The notes beneath the pieces are model-generated. The model was not told the DNA's origin, ran no database searches, and saw nothing but the letters and a program-made list of their open reading frames with translations. The position numbers and the translations under genes are program-made. Shown one piece after another: positions 54,732 to 64,000 of a DNA stretch of 64,000 bases. Origin of the DNA: Planctomycetota bacterium (GTDB lineage Bacteria > Planctomycetota > PLA2 > JAEUHO01); contig CBDCWP010000040.1 in assembly GCA_965223505.1 (NCBI GenBank), forward strand, positions 32,001 through 96,000. The letters run 5' to 3'. Numbering within the stretch: position 1 is the stretch's first letter; every line of letters starts with the position of its first letter.

Positions 54732-57700
54732 TCAGTCGTCCTTCACGACGACCGCCGGAACGCCCTTCGCGGCCTCGTTGAACGCGGTCACCATCTTGGC
54801 CAGCACGGCGTCCAGCTCGTCGAGCTGCACCTTCACGCGTTCCTTCAGGCTCGCCAACACCGCCTTCGCGCTGTCGGTCGGCCGAAGGTCGCGATGGGTC
54901 TGACCGAGCAGCATCGTGAGCTTGTCGTTGAGCTTCACCGGGTAGTTGAGCGGATCCTGCGGCGACTTGCTCTTCGTCTGAATGAGCGCGTCTTCGATCG
55001 CCTGCAGCGCCTTCTTGAGCTCGTCGGCGGAGGGCTTGAGCTTCTTCGCGGCCTGGGCGTTGCGCGCACGCCGCATCGTCGCGCCGATCTGCCTGCGGAC
55101 GTCGCGGATGGTATTGATCGCCTTGTGAACGCGGTCGAGCGTCTCGTACACATCGTCGATGTACGCGGACGACGCCGCGATGTCCTCGTCGCTGATCTCC
55201 AGACGCGGGTCGCGGCGCACCTCGAGCGTGCCCTTGACGCTCGACCCCTCGCCGATCTTCAGCGTGACCGTGTACGTGCCGGGCAGCACCATCGGCCCGT
55301 TGCGAAGCCGCGGCCAACCGACGGCGCCGGGCACCTTGGTGGGCGCCTTGCGGCGCATGTTCCACATGTAGACGTTCATGCCGGACTTCGCCCGGATCTT
55401 CGACGAGGGAACGTCGTCGTCGTCCTCCTCCTCCGATGCGCCCGTCTTCTTGTCGTTCCGGCCGTCGTCGTCCTTCTCGGGCACGAGCTCGAACGCGTTC
55501 ATCGTCCGCCCGCGGGCGTCGACGAAGGACAGCGAGGCGCCGTCGAAGTCCGGCGGCAGGTTGAAGTGGATCCGCGCGCTGCCGCGAAGGGCCCGGTACG
55601 CCGGCGCCGGCTTGCACAGATACGCGCCCTTCGGCGCCACCGCCCCCACCTGGCGCAGGCGGCTCAGTCCGCTCAGGATCCAGAACGAGCGTCCTTGGGT
55701 CGAGACCACGAGGTCGTCGCCCTTGACGACGAGGTCGGTGATCGGCACGACCGGCAGATCGAGCTGCAGCGACTGCCAGTTCGCGCCCGCGTCGAACGAC
55801 ACGTACACGCCCGTCTCGGTGCCGGCGAAGAGCATGTCACGCCGCTCGGGGTCCTCGCGCACCGCGCGAACGAAGGCCTCCTTGCCGATGCCCTTCACGA
55901 CCGGCTCCCACGTCGCGCCGCGATCGCGCGTTCGAACCACGTACGGGCGGAAGTCGTCGCTCTTGTAGCGATTGACGGCGAGATACGCGACGTCGGCGTC
56001 GTGCGGCGACGCCTCGACGAGACTGATCAACGCGTTCTTCCCGAGGCCCTTCGGCGTGACCTTTTCCCAGTTCTTGCCTTCGTCGTCGGTGACGTGCACC
56101 AGGCCGTCGTCGGTGCCGACCCAGATGCGCCCCCTCTTCAGCGGCGACTCGGCGACGCTGAAGATCGTGCAGTAGTACTCGACGGTCGTGTTGTCCTGCG
56201 TGATCGGGCCGCCGCTCGACGCCTGCTTCTGCTTGTCGTTGGTCGTGAGGTCGGGGCTGATGACCTCGAAGCTCTGACCGCCGTTCGTCGTCTTGAAGAG
56301 CACCTCGCCGCCGACGTACACGACGTCGGGATCGTGCGGGGAGATGACGATCGGGAACGTCCACTGGAAGCGGTGCTTCAGCTCGGCGGCGCCGCCCCCG
56401 ATCGGATTTTCCGGCCACGGGCTGATCGGACGCGCAAGCCCCGTTTTGTGGTCGTAGCGCGTGAGCCAGCCGGCGTACGAGCCGGCGTAGATCACGTCGG
56501 GGTCGTCGGGTCGCGCCGCGATGTAGCCGCTCTCGCCGCCGCCGACGGCGTAGAAGTCCCGGCCGTTGAGCGCGTGGCTGGTGTGCGCGATCGACATCGT
56601 CGAGTTGTCCTGTTGCGCCCCGAGTACGCGATAGGGAAACCGGTTGTCGGTCGCGACGTGATAGAACTGCGCCGTGGGCTGGTTGTCCTGGCGCGACCAC
56701 GTCTGCCCGCCGTCGATCGAGACGTTCGCGCCGCCGTCGTTGCCCTCGATCATGCGTTGGTTGTCGTCGGGATCGATCCAAAGCGCGTGATTGTCGACGT
56801 GCGGCGTCGGGATCGCCTTGAAGCTCTTGCCCCCGTCGATCGACTTGTGGAATCGTACGTTGAGGACGTAGACGGTGTCCGCGGCCTGCGGATCGGCCTG
56901 GATGCGCGAGTAGTACCAGGCGCGCTGCCGCAGCTTGCGTTCCTGGTTCACGCGCGACCAGTTGTCGCCCCCGTCATCGGAACGAAACACGCCGCCGTCT
57001 TCGGCTTCGACGATCGCAAAGACGCGGTCCTGTCTTGCGGCGGAGGGCGAGACGCCGATCTTGCCCAGCACGCCCTTGGGCAGGCCCTTCTTCAGCTTCT
57101 CCCAGGTGTCGCCGCCGTCCTTGGAGCGCCAGAGCCCGCTGCCCTCGCCGCCGCTGTCGAGCCGCCAGGGTTTGCGGCGCACCTGCCAGAAGCCCGCGTA
57201 GACGATGCGCGGATTGAACGGATCCAGCGCGATGTCGACGGCGCCGGTGTCCTCGTTGACGAAGTGAACGCGCTTCCACGTCGCGCCGCCGTCCGTCGAG
57301 CGGAAGACGCCGCGCTGGATGTTGGGTCCGAAGACGTGTCCGAGCGCGGCCACGTAGACGACGTCCGGGTTCGTCGGGTGAATTGCGATGCGTCCGATCT
57401 GGCGCGAGTCGAACAGCCCCACGCGCTTCCACGTCTTGCCGGCGTCGGTCGACTTGTAGACCCCGTCGCCGTGGGAGAAGTTGCCGCGGATGTCGGGCTC
57501 GCCGGTGCCGGCGTAGACGACGTTCGGATCGCTCTGTGCCACGGCCACCCGCGCCGACGGACCCCGTCGTGAAGAACTTGTCGCTGACGTTCTTCCAGTG
57601 CGCGCCGGCGTCGGTCGTCTTCCACACGCCGCCGCCGCACGCGCCCATGTAGTAGGTGCGCCGGTCGCCGCGAACGCCGGCGACGCTGGACACGCGCCCG

Positions 57701-57834
57701 CCACGGGCCGGCCCGATGCAACGCCACGTCAGACCCGCGAACGCCGGCTCGGTCTTCTCCTCGGCCGCTTGGAGCGGAGCGTCGCCTAGGAGGAGGACGA
57801 AACCGACGAGGATGAGAACGTGAATGCGCGCCAT
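54732..57834 (-). CDS. VPS10/sortilin-like BNR-repeat glycosyl-hydrolase-like secreted protein, frameshifted near 57550
   Basis: N-terminus 'WRCIGPARGGRV...GGVWKTTDAG' in one frame continues as 'VAVAQSDPNVVYAGTGE' in another; many S/T-x-D-x-G-x-T/S-W Asp boxes. Confidence 0.85.
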
Positions 57835-57877
57835 GGGAACCGCCTTCCAGGGCGCGACAGGCTACCTCAATCGCGGC

Positions 57878-58342
57878 CTACGCGGGGCGATACGTCGCGT
57901 CCATGAGCGGCTGCCAGCTCTCGCCGTCCTGCGACATCGCCATCTCGAAGCGGGTCTCGGCGTCGCCGAACGTATAGCGGTAGCGATGGTGCCCCATCGG
58001 CGACGTGTTCGTGAACGTCAGCACGTCGTCTTCGAAGGTGCCCGTCGCGACGCCGCCCGCGCCTCCCATCGAGTCGAACCAGTACATGACGTACTGCTCG
58101 TTCGCGGGGTCCCAGCTATAAACGCCGTGCCCACGAAACGTGACGTCGTCACCGTCCTTCTGCTCGTAGTCCGACACCACGAAGAACCCCTCGAGAACGC
58201 GCGCGCTGATGCGACCGATGCGTTCCTTCGCCTCCGGACTCCACGGCGAGGGCAACATGCTTTCCTCGCCGACCCACTCGCCGGCGAGCTTCGACAGGTT
58301 CTCGTGCTGGACACCGGGGACGGGCATGTGCTGCGTGGTCAT
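57878..58342 (-). CDS. DUF1579-family beta-barrel protein
   Basis: 'HENLSKLAGEW.G', 'FRGHGVYSWDP....YVMYWFDSMG'; GGAGG before MTTQH. Confidence 0.75.
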   Translation of the reverse strand: MTTQHMPVPGVQHENLSKLAGEWVGEESMLPSPWSPEAKERIGRISARVLEGFFVVSDYEQKDGDDVTFRGHGVYSWDPANEQYVMYWFDSMGGAGGVATGTFEDDVLTFTNTSPMGHHRYRYTFGDAETRFEMAMSQDGESWQPLMDATYRPA

Positions 58343-58410
58343 CTCTGCCTCCATTCTTCAGGGGGCCCGATGTACCAAATTCGAAGCGTTCGTGGGGCGC
58401 CGGGCCGGGT

Positions 58411-60102
58411 CTACGGTCTCGGAAACGAGAATCGCACGGTCTGGCTGCTGCCGGTGAACCGGTGCAGCGGCCGACCCTGCCGGTCGACGAGGACAGCGCG
58501 CCCCGCGTCGCCGTGCGCCACGACGCGCAGGCGTGCCAGGTTCCAGTTGTCGCCGCCCATCCCGCCGCCGAGCGTCGTCCGGATCTCGATGGCCTGCAGG
58601 TCGGCGCGCGGAACACCGCCTGCGAGCGTGATCGTGATGTCGCGCGTCGTTCGGTCGGCGAGTCGCCGGCGGTTGTTGATCGAAGCGCGAACCGGGGCCC
58701 GGCCGCGGATGTGGACGTACGCGGTCGCGTTGTCGTTGCCGCCGCGCAGATCGTCGTTGCCGGTTCGCACCGACACCTCGAGGCGACGCACCAACGCCGT
58801 TCCCGCCGTCCCGCCCGTGCCCGTCGTTCCCGTGCTCGGCGTCGCCGCCGGGCCGACGATCTCCCACCACCTTCCGCGGCGCGGCGAGAAGTCCTGCATG
58901 CCGCGTCCGCCCTTCACGTACAGCAGTCGCGGCGCGCTCGAGCTGTGTGAAGTGACCTTGAGCCCGTCGAGATCCCACTGGTCCCTGCCCCCGCCCGCAT
59001 GGAACTCGATGCCGATCCGCCGAATGTCGCTTCGACGCGTCCCGCGCGGCATGTCGAGGTTGACCCGATGGCGCGAACGCGATGCGAGACCACCGCGCGG
59101 GTTCATGCTGCGCCGCACCGTCCCGCGCGAGGTCTCGACGATGGCGAGCGCGCGCGTGTCACCGCGCATGTCGTCGCTGCCGGTGAACAGCTCGAAGCGC
59201 ACCTGCCGGACCACCTCCGTCCCCGCGCGATTGTCGCGCTGCAGCCTGGCGTTGACGTTGTAGATTCCGCCGGACCCTTCGAAGGTGACCGTACGCGACT
59301 GGTTGCGCGGGTTCATGCGCAGGCTCTTGATCTTGATCGCGCCGCCGGGCAGACCGCTCTGCGTGCGTTCCGTAGGCCGCGCGACCTCGGAGAGCCCGGT
59401 CAGCGCGGGCACGATGAAGGCGTGCACCCCCACGATCTGGTCGGGATTGAAGGTCGAGCCCACCGTGAGCTGGAAGAGCAGCTTCAGCGCGTTGTCGGCG
59501 AGCAGCTCCCTGAGCATCGTCTCGATCTGCTGCTCGACCTCCGACGTATCGAAGGCCGTGCCTCCCAGCGCGCCGCGGACGATCCTGCCGGACTCGACGT
59601 GACGGACGAGGATCGTGCGGAACTTCGGAATCGCCTGATTGAGCAGGTCCTTGAAGACGTGCGGCGGCGTGTTGTTGTTGTCGATCGCGACGACGATCGC
59701 GCCGAGGACCTCGGAGGTCACGGCCGCGTTCCAGGTCGTGCGATCCGCCGCGTTGAAGCGCGCGATGTTCACGTTGCGCCACTCGATGCCGCCCATCCAG
59801 AACGGAATTTCCGCGGAGGCGCCTTGCTGCAGATGGCGGCTCGCGTGCACGCGGTGCCACGCCGGCTTCGAAACCCAGTCGTGCGGTTCGTTCTCGATGA
59901 CGCGCAGGCTCGTCGAGCCGCGGCGGTTGAGCGTGGAGCGGAAGGCGATGGTCGCGAAGTACGGCCGGTCGCCCGACGCTTCACGCTCCCGCACGACCTG
60001 GACCCGGTCGAGCAGGAGCCGGATGTCGTCGGCACCGGCATCGGACGCGATGGCGATCAGCGCGGCAGAGACGAGGACGAGAAGCAAGAGTGCGCGAGTC
60101 AT
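58411..60102 (-). CDS. Secreted hypothetical protein with two tandem PLAT/LH2-like C-terminal domains
   Basis: Signal peptide; duplicated motifs 'TGSDDMRG...DQWDLDGLKV' and 'TGNDDLRG...DNWNLARLRV' joined by a Thr/Gly linker. Confidence 0.6.
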   Translation of the reverse strand: MTRALLLLVLVSAALIAIASDAGADDIRLLLDRVQVVREREASGDRPYFATIAFRSTLNRRGSTSLRVIENEPHDWVSKPAWHRVHASRHLQQGASAEIPFWMGGIEWRNVNIARFNAADRTTWNAAVTSEVLGAIVVAIDNNNTPPHVFKDLLNQAIPKFRTILVRHVESGRIVRGALGGTAFDTSEVEQQIETMLRELLADNALKLLFQLTVGSTFNPDQIVGVHAFIVPALTGLSEVARPTERTQSGLPGGAIKIKSLRMNPRNQSRTVTFEGSGGIYNVNARLQRDNRAGTEVVRQVRFELFTGSDDMRGDTRALAIVETSRGTVRRSMNPRGGLASRSRHRVNLDMPRGTRRSDIRRIGIEFHAGGGRDQWDLDGLKVTSHSSSAPRLLYVKGGRGMQDFSPRRGRWWEIVGPAATPSTGTTGTGGTAGTALVRRLEVSVRTGNDDLRGGNDNATAYVHIRGRAPVRASINNRRRLADRTTRDITITLAGGVPRADLQAIEIRTTLGGGMGGDNWNLARLRVVAHGDAGRAVLVDRQGRPLHRFTGSSQTVRFSFPRP

Positions 60103-60229
60103 GGCGAGTACCTCCGTGGGCGGCCGGGACCACTCCGGAGGGGCGCCGAGCAGCGCGCTGCTGTAGACATCGAATCCGCATGTCTACGAACGGGGGCGGC
60201 CGGGCGCCCTCGAGGCGACGGAGGCGCCG

Positions 60230-60857
60230 CTAGCCGGTGAAGTCGTCCCCGACGAGCTCCCGCAGCCGCTTGAGAGCGCGAATGTAGCGCTTGCTGGCGG
60301 CGTGCTTGCCGAGCCCGAGCTCGTGCGCGACCTCCTCGTTGGACAGCTCTTCGAAATGCCGCATGCACAGCACCTCGCGATCCGTCTCACTGAGCTCACC
60401 GAGAAGAGCGACGATGCGTTCGCGAAGCTCCGTGCGCGCGGCGCCCCGCGTCGGCGTCGTGGTGTCCGCCGCGAGCATGTCCACCATCGCGACGACGCTG
60501 GCCTCCGGCATTCGCGCGTCGTCCGGCCGCTCCTGACGGCGCACGTCCCGGCGCTTGGCGTCGAGATGGAAGCGATGCGTCTTCATCAGGCGCTGTCCGG
60601 TGAGCCGCCGCAACCACACGAAGAAAGGTACGCGCGGATCGTCGACGTACTCGCCGATCCGGTTGGTCACTTCGACATAGGCGTCTTGGATGACATCCGA
60701 CGCGTCGACCCGCGCGCGCACCTGCGGGTGCATGCGCATGCGCACCATGCGAATCAACCGTCCGCGGTGACGCTGGGAGGAGGCCGTTGAGGACGGTCTC
60801 GCGGCCCGCCTCGCCGGCGGCAATCAGCCCTTCGTCGAACGTCACGTCTTCCGACAT
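60230..60857 (-). CDS. Planctomycete-type ECF sigma-70 factor, frameshifted near 60776
   Basis: 'RLIRMVRMRM....ARVDASDVIQDAY', 'WLRRL', 'DREVLCMRHFEELSNEEVA', 'RYIRALKRL'; N-terminus MSEDVTF lies in another frame. Confidence 0.85.
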
Positions 60858-60880
60858 GCGTGCAAGATACCCTGATGGGG

Positions 60881-63800
60881 ATGAGCCACGAGCCGAGACG
60901 GCCCAGGACGAGCTGGACCGCCTCGCAGAGGAGTTCGTCTCCCGTTCGCGCAAGGGAGAGTCGCCCTCGATCTCGGAGTACGCGCACCGTCATCCCGAGC
61001 ACGCCGACGAGATCCGCGACATCTTCCCGCTGCTCACGGCGATGGAGGGCATCAAGGCGGCCGAGCCCATGGCCGGTACGCACGTCGGTCCGTACGAGAT
61101 CGTCCGGGAGATCGGCCGAGGCGGCATGGGTGTGGTGTACGAGGCCGAGCAGAAGGAGCTCGACCGCCGCGTCGCGCTGAAGATCCTCCCGACGCAAGCG
61201 ACGCTCGATCCACGCTTTCTCGAACGCTTTCGGCTCGAAGCACAGGCGGCGGCCAAGCTCAACCATCCGAACATCGTTCCCGTCATCGGCTACGGCCAGG
61301 CCGACGACATTTCACTACTACTCGATGCAGTACATCGAGGGACGCGGACTGGACGAGCTCATCGCCGACGCCGACGCGTCGGTGGACGGAACCGACGGTG
61401 GCACCGCACGCGCGTACTTCGATCGCGTCGCGCGCATCGGGCTGCAGGCGGCGGAGGCGCTCGCGCATGCGCACGCGCAGGGCGTGCTGCATCGCGACGT
61501 CAAGCCGACCAACGTCATGCTCGACGAGAGCGGCCACTGCTGGATCACCGATTTCGGGCTGTGCCGCCAGGAGGGCTCGGACGGGCTCACGCGCACGGGT
61601 GACGTCCTGGGCACGTTCCGCTACATGCCGCCCGAACGGTTCGCGGGCGTCTCCGACGTGCGTGGCGACATCTATGGCGTCGGCATCACGCTCTACGAGC
61701 TGCTCACGCGACGCCGGGCGTACGAGGGCGACGACGCCGGCGGTTCTCGCGACGCGCATTCCCAACGAGGAGCCGAAGCGCCCCCGCGCGCTGGAGCCAC
61801 GCATTCCGCCGGATCTCGAGACGATCGTGCGCAAGGCGATGGCGCACGACGCCGCGCAGCGTTACGCGACCGCCGAAGCGCTGGCGACGGACCTGCGCGC
61901 GTATCTCGCCGGCCAGCCGATCGCGGCGCGCGCCCCCACCGCCGGCTATCTCCTTCGCAAGGCGATCGGCCGGCACAAGACGCTGACCGCGACGGTGCTC
62001 GTCGCGACGCTGCTGCTCGTGGCGAGCTCCGTGTGGTACGTGCTCGATCTGAAGAAGAAGGAGACGACGGGCGCGCCTGCGCCAGTACGCGGCGAGCATC
62101 GGCGCCGTCGAGGCGGCCATGCGGTCCGGCGACATGCATCGCGCGGCGCGAAACTCTGGACGAGGCGCCGCCCGAGTTCCGCAACTGGGAGTGGCGCCAC
62201 CTGCGAAGCCGCCTCGATCCGACGTTGCGTCGATTCGAGAGTCTTCCGGACGTCGCGAACGACGTGACCTACCACCCCGACGGCACGCACTTCGCCGTCG
62301 TCGTCGGCGACGAGGTCCGCGTCTACGCGGACGCGACCGGCGAGGTCGTATCGAAGCTCACAACGGACGGACGACCCCGATGGGTTCGTTGGCATCCGAG
62401 GGCGCATCAGATCGCGGTCGGAACGTCGAGCGCGCTGGAGCTCTGGACGTGGCCCGGTTGCGAGCGCACGTTCGTCGGCGAGGAGCTCGGCGACCACGCG
62501 AGTGTCGACTACGTGAACGCCGGCACGCAGATCGTCAGCGGCATCGATCCCGGCATCGTCGTCTGCTACGACGCCGAAACCGGCATGCCGATCTCGCGCG
62601 GCACGTTCCCGGCGCGCGTGCTCGCGACCGTCAGCTTTCCAGACGCCGACTTGACGGTCGTCGGGACGGCGGACGGGCGCGTCTGGTGCAAGCGCCGAAG
62701 CGACTGGGCGACGGTCTGGTCGCACGCGTTGAGCCGCTACGGCATCGACGGGCTCGCCGTGCTTCCCGGCGAGCGTGTCGCGGTCACGACGCGCGACGGC
62801 CTGCTGCGCGTGTTCGAAGCGCAGGGCGGCCGCGAGCTTCACACATTTCCCACGACCTCCGGCGCCGGCGGTTTCCTGCACGATCCGACGGGCCGGCGCA
62901 CCATGGTGTTCGACCACGGCAAGCTGCGGGTGCTGGACGACGGCGACGGCAAGGAGCTCTACACGCTCTCTGGTCACCCGTCGCCGCACCGGGGCGCCGT
63001 TCATCCCGAGGGCCGCCGAGCGATCGTGGCGTCGTCCTGGGGTGCGGTCGGCGAGTGGTACCTCGGTGAGACGCGTGATCCGTACGTCTTGACGGGACAC
63101 ATGGACGACGTCGGAACGGCGGACTGCGGCGCTCGCTTCGTCGCGTCCGGCGGCTTCGGCGGCGAGGTTCGTCTCTGGGAGGTCGCGACGGGCGAGCTCG
63201 CGCGCGTGTTCTACGGCACGGGCGGCGTCGTGAACGCGGTGCGGCTGTCGCCGGGCGAACGGCCGGCTCGCGGTAGCGGACAGCGATGGATACATCGCGA
63301 TCTGGAACCTCGAAACGGACGCCGTCGAGCGCCGATGGCGCGTCGACGACGAAGGCGTCGACGAGCTGCGCTGGCTCCCGGACGCACGACACGTCGTGAG
63401 CCTCTCGCGCGATGGGTATCTACGAATCTGGGACGTCGAAACGGGACGAGCCGTGCGCGAGTCGCTCGCCTTCGAACCACTCGAGCGACACGAAGCCGCC
63501 TGGGGACGCATGGCCGTGCGTCGCGACGGGCTTCGAATCGCCACCGGCGTTCGACGTCGGATTCGCGTTTGGGAGACGTCGTCGCTCTCGCAGGTGAGCT
63601 CGTTCGAAGCGCACGATCTCGCGATCACGGGGCTGACGTTCCATCCGAGCGAGGACCGGCTAGCGTCGGTCTCGAACGACCAGACCCTGCGCGTGTGGGT
63701 GCCGTCGACGCGACATCAGAGCGCGGATCCATCAGAGCGCCGACATCGATCGGTCGCTTCGCTGGAGCGCGGGACTGAGCGACGTCATCTACACGCCTGA

Positions 63801-64000
63801 CGGAAGTCGTCTGGTCGCGAGCACGTACAGCGGCGCGGTGCGTTTCTGGGACACCGGTGAGATGCACTCGATCGGGAGCATCAAGCATGCTCGGAGCTGG
63901 ATCACGGAGATCGCCTTCAGCCCCGACGGCGAGCGATTCTTGACGGCGCTCACGAACGGTACGGTGCAGATCTGGGACAGCCGGCTGGTCAAGGAGCGCG
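60881..64000 (+). CDS. Hanks-type Ser/Thr kinase with a TM segment and WD40 repeats; multiple frameshifts, runs off the window
   Basis: '[10 protein letters not shown]', 'VALKIL', 'HRDVKPTN', 'DFGL', 'GTFRYMPPE', '[10 protein letters not shown]', 'RNWEW..L', WD40 repeats; frame changes near 60900, 61311, 61742, 62070, 62146, 63262 and about 63700-63780. Confidence 0.85.

Noticed and set aside
57540..64000. Frameshifts in the VPS10 gene, ECF sigma and kinase read as programmed frameshifting or real pseudogenes
   Set aside because: They are mostly apparent single-base indels with no in-frame decay or slippery motifs, and they increase toward the window end. This is typical of low-coverage long-read error; read mapping would settle it.
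1..64000. CRISPR arrays, cas genes, transposases, rRNA
   Set aside because: No regularly spaced repeats or recognisable motifs for these were seen.

Overview
High-GC bacterial chromosome segment, most likely Planctomycetota. This is inferred from the planctomycete-type ECF sigma/Ser-Thr kinase pair, the carboxypeptidase-regulatory-like proteins and a dcw cluster ending without ftsQAZ. It contains a minus-strand dcw cluster (mraZ-rsmH-ftsL-ftsI-murE-murF-mraY-ftsW-[M6 metalloprotease]-murG-murC-murB; no murD, ddl or ftsQAZ), SRP RNA, tRNA-Ser(GGA), a 2-oxoacid:ferredoxin oxidoreductase pair and xylulokinase. It also carries a copper-monooxygenase-like/redoxin pair, a clan-CD protease locus (C25 plus secreted TPR-CHAT), two CarH/LitR paralogues flanking a ybgA/FAD-oxidoreductase operon, a MoxR/Bat operon and a VPS10/BNR glycosyl-hydrolase-like gene. 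The most striking observation is an MraY with a LysM-like domain inserted in its predicted periplasmic TM4-TM5 loop. Genes from about 57.5 kb onward carry several single-base frameshifts that are probably sequencing errors. All calls come from motif recognition by eye; no searches were run.
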